From an uncultured virus (IMG/VR IMGVR_UViG_3300027963_003549) (lineage: Duplodnaviria > Heunggongvirae > Uroviricota > Caudoviricetes), in IMG/VR virus record IMGVR_UViG_3300027963_003549: a stretch of 64,000 nt of DNA. One strand, given 5' to 3'. A model generated the notes under the pieces. The model ran no database searches. It saw only the letters and a list, made by a program, of their open reading frames with translations, and was not told the origin of the DNA. Position 1 is the stretch's first letter. Each line of letters starts with the position of its first letter. The position numbers and the translations under genes are program-made. Shown here one piece after another: positions 56,913-64,000 of the stretch.

Positions 56913-57829
56913 TAACAACAAATTTAACAGGTAACCTAGGAAATCATATGTGGCAATATGCTGTATGTAGGACTGTTGCCGAAAAACTAGGATATAGATG
57001 GGGTATTAACCCATCACCAACACATGATTATCATTCTGGTATGAATCAAATGTATTTCATGGATGTTTATTTTGGTGATCCTATTGAGAACATTCAAAAT
57101 AATTTTTATGAAAAATGGATTACTTATTTAGGGGTTGGTGAAACTATTAATATTACACCACTTGATAAAAATATTTGGGGAATTTCAGATAATACCCATA
57201 TTTGGGGAGATAATGGGGCTTTCGGAGCCATCCTTCAGAGTGAAAAATATTTTGATGGATATGAGACTAACGTTAAAAGTTGGTTTAAAATTAAAAACGA
57301 ATACGAAATCAATTATAACAATAAATTGAAAGAGTTGGGTATTGAGTTAGATGATAATACTTGTGTGATTAATTTTAGAGGTGGTGAGTATAGAAACATA
57401 CCACAAGTTTTATGTCGTAGAGAATATTGGAGAAGTTCAATTGAATCCATGTTAAAATTAAATCCTAATATGAGATTCATTGGGATATCTGATGATCCAG
57501 AATTTGCGAATAGTTTTATGCCATTCCAAATACCTTTTTATCATATAGATATCGGTTTTGACTTTTATGTAATTAATAAATCAAAATGGGTTATTTTATC
57601 TAATTCAACATTTGGTTGGTGGGCTGCGTGGTTAAATGATTGTAGTAATAAGATTATTGCTCCGAAATATTGGGCATCACACAATAATAGTAATGGATAT
57701 TGGTCTGTAGGGGAGAGTTATACTAAAGGGTTTGAATATATGGGTAGAGATGGTAAATTATATGATTATGATAGTTGTAAAAATGAATCTGAAAGATATA
57801 ATAGGGATAATAATATAGTTTATGGGTAA
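56909..57829 (+). CDS. Second GT11 fucosyltransferase-like protein
   Basis: GNLGNHMWQYA, FRGGEY, SDD, ILSNSTFGWW. Confidence 0.8.
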   Translation: MITTNLTGNLGNHMWQYAVCRTVAEKLGYRWGINPSPTHDYHSGMNQMYFMDVYFGDPIENIQNNFYEKWITYLGVGETINITPLDKNIWGISDNTHIWGDNGAFGAILQSEKYFDGYETNVKSWFKIKNEYEINYNNKLKELGIELDDNTCVINFRGGEYRNIPQVLCRREYWRSSIESMLKLNPNMRFIGISDDPEFANSFMPFQIPFYHIDIGFDFYVINKSKWVILSNSTFGWWAAWLNDCSNKIIAPKYWASHNNSNGYWSVGESYTKGFEYMGRDGKLYDYDSCKNESERYNRDNNIVYG

Positions 57830-58682
57830 ATTAACAATCATATCAATTTTTGATTTAAATGAAGATTTTATTAAATTACAATATAATAGTATAAAAAAAA
57901 ATATTAAATGTGATCATGAATATATCATATTTAATAATGCTAAAGAAAATACTCAGAAAGAAAAAATTCAAAAAATTTGTGATGAACTACAAATTGAGTG
58001 TATTGATTTAATCTCAGGTAATGGTGGTCCGTCTGATATTGCTGGAATAGCGTTAAATAACGCATTTCTTTATTTAAAAGAAAAAGAATATGTCTTTAAG
58101 ATTGATTCTGATATGTTTTTCATAAATGACGTTGATTTATTGTCGTATATTGATAAATACGATATAATCTACATACCAAATACGGATAATACCATTATTT
58201 GGTCGGGAGTTTTTGGATTCAGTAATAAAATATTAAACAATAAATTAAATTTTCTACCAGTTAGAACCATAGGTGATACTTTTTGTGAGAGTAAAAAACT
58301 ATTAGAAAATAAAGATTACAGTAGATTCAAATTTGAATTGTTTAATTTAATTGACTATAGAGAATCAGAACTAATAACAAATTATAACACAGATTGTGTA
58401 ATTAATTACTTACCTGATGGTGAGATATCACATATTGAAAAACCACATTATTTAGAAATGTTTGACTTATCAAATAATTTTACAACCTACAAAAGGATGT
58501 ATAAAATGTTATCCGAGTCTTGTTTTCCTGAACCATTTGTCGTAGATTTAATTATGATAAATAATAAAGATTTCATTTTTCATTTTAAGTCAGGAAATTG
58601 GTCAACATCATTAACTGAACAATTTATTAATGATAAAAAAGAAGGTTTAAAAAAATTATTAAAAAAATATGAAAGTTTATGA
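57822..58682 (+). CDS. Putative GT-A glycosyltransferase
   Basis: DxD motif KIDSDMF, HFKSGNW, and operon context. Confidence 0.5.
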   Translation: MGKLTIISIFDLNEDFIKLQYNSIKKNIKCDHEYIIFNNAKENTQKEKIQKICDELQIECIDLISGNGGPSDIAGIALNNAFLYLKEKEYVFKIDSDMFFINDVDLLSYIDKYDIIYIPNTDNTIIWSGVFGFSNKILNNKLNFLPVRTIGDTFCESKKLLENKDYSRFKFELFNLIDYRESELITNYNTDCVINYLPDGEISHIEKPHYLEMFDLSNNFTTYKRMYKMLSESCFPEPFVVDLIMINNKDFIFHFKSGNWSTSLTEQFINDKKEGLKKLLKKYESL

Positions 58683-59571
58683 TAGTTTCTTATTCTTTAA
58701 TGAACTTGATTTATTAGAGATTAGACTAAATATGGTTTATCCGGTGGTTGATCATATTATTATTAGTGAATGTGATACCACGTTCTCAGGTTTAAAAAAA
58801 CCATTTTACTTTGAAGAAAATAAGACACAGTTTGAGCCGTTTTTAGATAAAATTATACATATAAAACATATTAATGTTGATGATATTAATTTAGTTGAGA
58901 CAAATTATCCTGATAAGGATAATCCTATGTTTCAAGAAATTATCACACATTATAAGAGAAATATTCCTGAGTTTGGTGGATTACCTAATTGGTATAGAGA
59001 TTTTTTACACCGAGAATTAGTAAAGATGGGTATGACAAATTGTGATGATGAGGATATTATCATTTTTAGTGATTTAGATGAAATACCAAACCCTGAAAAG
59101 ATTACAGAAATTTTGAACACTATGGATTTGGATAAGAATTATTGCTTACTAGGTGATTGTCATAATTTTTATGTAAATAATGTTTGTCATACTAATTGGT
59201 ATGGACCTGTAATCACTAAGTTTAAAAACATAAGAGGTAAATCAATCGGAGAATTTAGATTACAAAGGTATAATTTTGAATTAATTCAGGACGCATCGTG
59301 GCATTTAAGTTTTGTTGGTGGGTCTGAGAGAATTAGAACTAAAATAGTTAGTTGGGGACATCAAGAATTTAATAACACGAGTATTTTAAATGGGGTTGAT
59401 AGTAAATTATCAAATAATAGTGACCTGTTCAATAGAACAAACAATACGTATAACGATTCAATGCAAACATTCTTCTTTGAGAAAATGAAACCGATTGATA
59501 TTAATGGTTATTATCCTGAAAATATTGTTAGACTGATTGAAGATAAGTTTCCTTATTTAGTTAAAAAATAA
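58669..59571 (+). CDS. GT17 (MGAT3-like) beta-1,4-GlcNAc transferase
   Basis: DSFLFFNELDLLEIRL..E...TFSG..SDLDEIP..WHLSF..K..SWGHQE. Confidence 0.85.
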   Translation: MKVYDSFLFFNELDLLEIRLNMVYPVVDHIIISECDTTFSGLKKPFYFEENKTQFEPFLDKIIHIKHINVDDINLVETNYPDKDNPMFQEIITHYKRNIPEFGGLPNWYRDFLHRELVKMGMTNCDDEDIIIFSDLDEIPNPEKITEILNTMDLDKNYCLLGDCHNFYVNNVCHTNWYGPVITKFKNIRGKSIGEFRLQRYNFELIQDASWHLSFVGGSERIRTKIVSWGHQEFNNTSILNGVDSKLSNNSDLFNRTNNTYNDSMQTFFFEKMKPIDINGYYPENIVRLIEDKFPYLVKK

Positions 59572-59575
59572 AAAT

Positions 59576-62152
59576 ATGAAAAAAATAGTAGTAATTGGTG
59601 GTTTAGGATATATTGGTACTGAACTTTGTAAACTTTTATCGGGTGAGTCTTGGTACTACAACATCATCGTATATGACAACAGATTCATGTCCGACAAAGT
59701 AAAACAGATTAGGGAATGGGGAATGGATTTTATCCAAGGTTCTATTTTAGACGAAACTCTTTTATCTAGTGTTTTAGAAAATGCAGATATAATTTATCAT
59801 TTAGCAGGTATTACTGACGTGGCTTATACTAAAACCGAAAGTAATAAAGATAAAGATGATGAGATAAAAAGAGTTGGTATTGATGGAACACGTAATGTTA
59901 TCAAATATAGTCCTACCAAATCTAAGATAATCTTTCCTTCAACTCACGTAGTTTATGAAGGGTTTGAAACGGCCATGTTTGATTTAGATGAATCAGTTGA
60001 GACAACTCCTGTATTAACATATTCAACAGGTAAGGATATTTCCGAAAAAGATTTATTTTATTCTGATAAAAATTTCATAGTAGTTAGGTTATCATCAGTA
60101 TATGGTTTATCAAGTGATACTATGAGAACCAATATCATGCCTAATCTATTTTCAAAAATAACCTCTCAAAATGGTATTATAAAATTATTTTCAGGTGGAG
60201 TACAAATTAAAAGTTTAGTTTCAGTATTTGATGTGGTTAGAGTAATGAAATTTTTATCTGAGTCCAAATACAACAGAGAAATTTTCCATATTTCCAAAGA
60301 AAATGTTACAATAAAGGATGTTGCGGAGATTTGTAAAAAAATAAACCCAAACGTCACTGTAATTGAGACTGAGGATGAAATACCAAATTTGGGATATACT
60401 ATCTCAAATAAAAAAATACTATCAACTGGTTTTGAATTTAAATATGATTTAGAAAACTGTATTAAAGATATGATCCTTGCTTGGTCTGAAAAGTCGTTAC
60501 CTGAAGATTTAGAATATAAGATTAAGGGTGGTAAAGAGTTTATTGATGACCGAGGTAAAATATCAAACTATGAACTAACCGAACCAATTAATTTAATTGG
60601 GTATATTGAATCTAAAAAAGGTACTGTTAGAGCCAACCACTATCATCCAGTACAAGAACAAAAATGTCTTTTAATTAAAGGGAAATATGTTAGTGTGATT
60701 AAAGATTTAATGAATGAGGATTCAAAATTAGAAACAAGAATAATCAATGAAGGAGATATTGCCGTTATTAAACCTAACGTTGCACATACTATGGTGTTTC
60801 TTGAAGACTCTATTTTTCTTAATTTAGTTAGAGGTGAGAGAGAACATGAAAATTATGGAATAACTCACACAATCCCATATACACTAGTTGATGAACAAAT
60901 GAGACAGGATATTATCTCAAACTACTCATCTAATTGTCGTTCTTGTGGTAATCAAGAATTAATGGATGTTGTTAGTCTAGGGTTATCCCCATTGGCTAAT
61001 AATTTATTAGATAGTAAAGATTCTAGCTGTGAGACATATCCATTAGAAATGAAATATTGTCCAAATTGTCATAACTGTCAATTATCATATATTGTTGAGC
61101 CGTCAAAAATGTTTGACAATTATCTATATGTATCATCAACAACCGATTCATTTAAAAAACATTTTCAAAACGCGTCGTCTAAATACGTTGATATTTTTAA
61201 CTTAAATGAAAAAAGTTTAGTATTAGATATAGGAAGTAATGATGGTATTGCTTTAAAACCATTTAAGGATTTAGGGATTGGGGTTATCGGGGTAGAACCC
61301 GCTAAAAATCTATCAAAACTAGCCAATGATAATGGTATTGAAACTATAAATTCATACTTTGACGAATCAATAGTTCAAGAAATATTAAAAAATAAGGGAA
61401 CTTGTGATATTGTTACAGCATCTAATGTTTTTGCACATTCAGATAAATTAAAAGATATTACTGAAAATGTTTTTAAACTATTAAAGGATGATGGTTCATT
61501 TATTATTGAGGTACAATATTTGTTAAATACTATAACTGATTTAACGTTTGATAACATTTACCATGAACACGTCAATTATTGGTCATTCACATCAATATTT
61601 AATTTTTTCAGAAATATGGGTTTAATGGTTTATGATGTTGAGTGGATAAATACTCATGGTGGTTCTATACGTGTATATGTTACAAAGGACATTAAGGTTA
61701 CTGAAGTAAGTAAAAATGTTCAGAATTTCTTAAACCGTGAAAAAGAAAACGGATTATTAGATTATAATACCTATAAAGATTTCGGTAAAAAAATAAACAC
61801 TTTAAGGTCAAACGTTATTAACAATTTCAAGAGACTAAAACAAAAATATAACATTATAGCTGGTTATGGATCACCCGCTAAAGCAACAACATCATTAAAT
61901 TTCTTCAATATTAATCATAATTACATTGATTATATTATTGAGGATAATTCATTGAAAATAGGTAAGTATATACCTGGTGTTAATATACCGATTAAAGATA
62001 AGAATTATACTTATGAGAATTTACCAGGTATTGTAGTTGTTTTGGCTTGGAACTTCTTTGAAGAAATCGTTAAGAACAACGAACATTTAATAAAAATGGG
62101 AGTTAAATTTATAAACATAAAAGATTTACAAAATCCAAATTTTGAATTATGA
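59576..62152 (+). CDS. Three-domain fusion: SDR epimerase, cupin isomerase and NDP-sugar C-methyltransferase
   Basis: GGLGYIG..Y..GK; FIDDRGKI..RANHYH; CRSCG..C.NC..QL, DIGSNDG, IYHEH, THGGS.R, GYGSPAK, LAWNF. Confidence 0.85.
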   Translation: MKKIVVIGGLGYIGTELCKLLSGESWYYNIIVYDNRFMSDKVKQIREWGMDFIQGSILDETLLSSVLENADIIYHLAGITDVAYTKTESNKDKDDEIKRVGIDGTRNVIKYSPTKSKIIFPSTHVVYEGFETAMFDLDESVETTPVLTYSTGKDISEKDLFYSDKNFIVVRLSSVYGLSSDTMRTNIMPNLFSKITSQNGIIKLFSGGVQIKSLVSVFDVVRVMKFLSESKYNREIFHISKENVTIKDVAEICKKINPNVTVIETEDEIPNLGYTISNKKILSTGFEFKYDLENCIKDMILAWSEKSLPEDLEYKIKGGKEFIDDRGKISNYELTEPINLIGYIESKKGTVRANHYHPVQEQKCLLIKGKYVSVIKDLMNEDSKLETRIINEGDIAVIKPNVAHTMVFLEDSIFLNLVRGEREHENYGITHTIPYTLVDEQMRQDIISNYSSNCRSCGNQELMDVVSLGLSPLANNLLDSKDSSCETYPLEMKYCPNCHNCQLSYIVEPSKMFDNYLYVSSTTDSFKKHFQNASSKYVDIFNLNEKSLVLDIGSNDGIALKPFKDLGIGVIGVEPAKNLSKLANDNGIETINSYFDESIVQEILKNKGTCDIVTASNVFAHSDKLKDITENVFKLLKDDGSFIIEVQYLLNTITDLTFDNIYHEHVNYWSFTSIFNFFRNMGLMVYDVEWINTHGGSIRVYVTKDIKVTEVSKNVQNFLNREKENGLLDYNTYKDFGKKINTLRSNVINNFKRLKQKYNIIAGYGSPAKATTSLNFFNINHNYIDYIIEDNSLKIGKYIPGVNIPIKDKNYTYENLPGIVVVLAWNFFEEIVKNNEHLIKMGVKFINIKDLQNPNFEL

Positions 62153-62808
62153 AAATTTCTGAATTTTTAGAAAAAAATAAACAAGAATTTAAACCTTGGT
62201 TAGAGGATAATGACCAAGGAATGGTTGAATTAAAAATTTTAAAATATCTGACCGATATTGAAAATGGTGTATTTGTTGAAGCGGGGGCTCACGACGGCTT
62301 ATTTCAATCAAATACCAAAATACTTGAAGATTTGGGATGGAGAGGTGTGTTAATTGAACCTTCTGAAAGTGCCTACCAACAATGTATAAATAATAGAAAG
62401 TGTATTGTGGAACACGCAGCATTAGTTCCCTTTGATTTTCCTTATGATAAAATCAGAGGGAATTTTGATGGGACCCCTCGTTCATCAGTCTTTGATGGGA
62501 CAATGTATACAGTACCAGCCAAAACCCTTGATTCTATCTTAAAATCACATAACATAACAGAAGTTGATTTACTAACGTTAGACGTTGAGGGGTTTGAATT
62601 ACAGGTTCTCAATGGTGTTAATTTTAATGACATTAATTTTAAATTTATGTTAATTGAGGTTAATTCTAATTCTTATAGTTTAGAAACTTTAGAAAATTTC
62701 TTATTAGAAAAAGGTTATGTCAAGATTGCAAACATCTCAAACTTTACTTTTGAGAATACACCAGGATGGCCTGGGACACATCAAGATTATTTATTCAAAA
62801 AAATATGA
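62149..62808 (+). CDS. FkbM-family methyltransferase
   Basis: FVEAGAHDG..SNT..GWRGVLIEP..LDVEGFE. Confidence 0.88.
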   Translation: MKISEFLEKNKQEFKPWLEDNDQGMVELKILKYLTDIENGVFVEAGAHDGLFQSNTKILEDLGWRGVLIEPSESAYQQCINNRKCIVEHAALVPFDFPYDKIRGNFDGTPRSSVFDGTMYTVPAKTLDSILKSHNITEVDLLTLDVEGFELQVLNGVNFNDINFKFMLIEVNSNSYSLETLENFLLEKGYVKIANISNFTFENTPGWPGTHQDYLFKKI

Positions 62809-63779
62809 AATTATTAGACCCAACAATTATTAGAGATTTAGTTGATTATTCTTTTGGGGATCAATCAAGTAATGTTCATAACTTATGGGATGGATATATG
62901 AACAAAGCAAACTCAACAAATCAAGATTTTCTATCTAAGTGTGAAATATTCAAAAACAATAAATCAGTTATGACTCTTTTCATTGATAATATTAGATTAT
63001 ATAAAAGAGAAGGGATTAAATACACCAAGATTGAATTATCAAATGAGTCTTCAAAACAATATAAAGACAATAGAGTAAAAGAGTTGGGTGATCAAGATTT
63101 GTTATTTCTTTGTTCTACAATACCTGATGTTAAATTTATTATTTTCACAGGTTTTGAAGATACTCAAATAGATGATGAAATCTTTGATAAAATCCCTGAA
63201 AATGTTTTAGCGGTTTATGCGTCCAACTCAATATCACATGGAGGTAAAGTAATTCCAATACCTTACGGAATACAAAGAAAACTTAATCCGTATGATATGA
63301 GACAAGATATCTTAAGTAATAATATTAATTCTAAGATTAATCCTGAGAAACTACTCTATATTAACCATAATGTTAATACTAATCCGGAAAGAATATCCAT
63401 TAATGAAAGATTCATTAATGAGCCTTGGGTTACAACTGAGACCCCTAAAAGTAGTAATCCTAATGATTACCAAAATTATCTCAATAAAATTAAAAATCAT
63501 AAATTTATGATTTGTCCTGATGGTAATGCTATAGGTTGTGAATGTCATCGTGATTGGGAAGTAATTTATATGAGAAGAGTACCAATAGTAAAAGACTCTC
63601 CTTATTTACGTAAAATTTTTGAGGGTATTCCTGTGTTGTTTGTAAACTCTTTTTTAGATGTTAGTGAAGAACTATTATTAAATAATAATGATTTATATGA
63701 ATCAATGCAAACTTTTGATTTGAATAGATTAGATTTTAATAAGATTTATTTTGATATTTTAAAAAAATTTTCAGTATGA
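62805..63779 (+). CDS. GT47/exostosin-like protein
   Basis: [15 protein letters not shown]...CHRDWE..VPIV. Confidence 0.6.
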   Translation: MKLLDPTIIRDLVDYSFGDQSSNVHNLWDGYMNKANSTNQDFLSKCEIFKNNKSVMTLFIDNIRLYKREGIKYTKIELSNESSKQYKDNRVKELGDQDLLFLCSTIPDVKFIIFTGFEDTQIDDEIFDKIPENVLAVYASNSISHGGKVIPIPYGIQRKLNPYDMRQDILSNNINSKINPEKLLYINHNVNTNPERISINERFINEPWVTTETPKSSNPNDYQNYLNKIKNHKFMICPDGNAIGCECHRDWEVIYMRRVPIVKDSPYLRKIFEGIPVLFVNSFLDVSEELLLNNNDLYESMQTFDLNRLDFNKIYFDILKKFSV

Positions 63780-64000
63780 AAAAATGTTTAATAACAGGTA
63801 TTAATGGACAGGACGGCTCATACCTTTCCGAATTTTTATTAAATAAGGGTTACGAGGTTCATGGCACACTTAAAAGAAATTCTGTTTCAGAAAATCAAAC
63901 TTCAAGATTAGAAAATATATATGATCAGGTTAAGTTACATTATGGTGACTTAACTGATATGTCATCACTTATATCTGTAATACAGAAAGTAATGCCGGAT
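63776..64000 (+). CDS. gmd: GDP-mannose 4,6-dehydratase (5' part, truncated by the window)
   Basis: Manual translation [38 protein letters not shown]. Confidence 0.92.
   Translation, partial: MKKCLITGINGQDGSYLSEFLLNKGYEVHGTLKRNSVSENQTSRLENIYDQVKLHYGDLTDMSSLISVIQKVMPD

Noticed and set aside
1..64000. Stop-codon reassignment, tRNA or rRNA genes
   Set aside because: Standard-code ORFs tile the window almost completely. The intergenic gaps are short and AT-rich, and I saw no cloverleaf or rRNA-like sequence.

Overview
AT-rich, gene-dense segment of a large (jumbo-type) myovirus genome in the standard genetic code. A Bacteroidota host is inferred from one TAnnTTTG promoter and A/T-rich leaders lacking Shine-Dalgarno sites. 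1-22 kb (mostly minus strand) is a contractile-tail module: hub-like giant protein, LysM/tail-X protein, tube initiator with an inserted OmpA-like domain, putative tape measure, chaperone with a candidate +1/-2 frameshift extension, tube, sheath, tail terminator and neck. A free-standing Vsr/DUF559-type endonuclease sits inside it. 22-30 kb holds an SNF2 helicase with an intein in its DECH motif, an Fe/Mn SOD, a neck protein and a family B DNA polymerase. 30-39 kb holds virion-type genes around a four-gene glycosylation cassette (GT60-like, GT25, two HtrL-like), near a Thr/Pro mucin-like repeat protein. 41.6-64 kb is a glycan biosynthesis island of more than 20 genes that runs off the window. 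Main leads: a phage-encoded mucin-type O-glycosylation system, an out-of-frame Zn-finger/Vsr remnant inside the intein, a recurring TATTTAT upstream motif, and enzymes with possible head-packaging leaders. All family calls come from motif recognition by eye; no searches were run.
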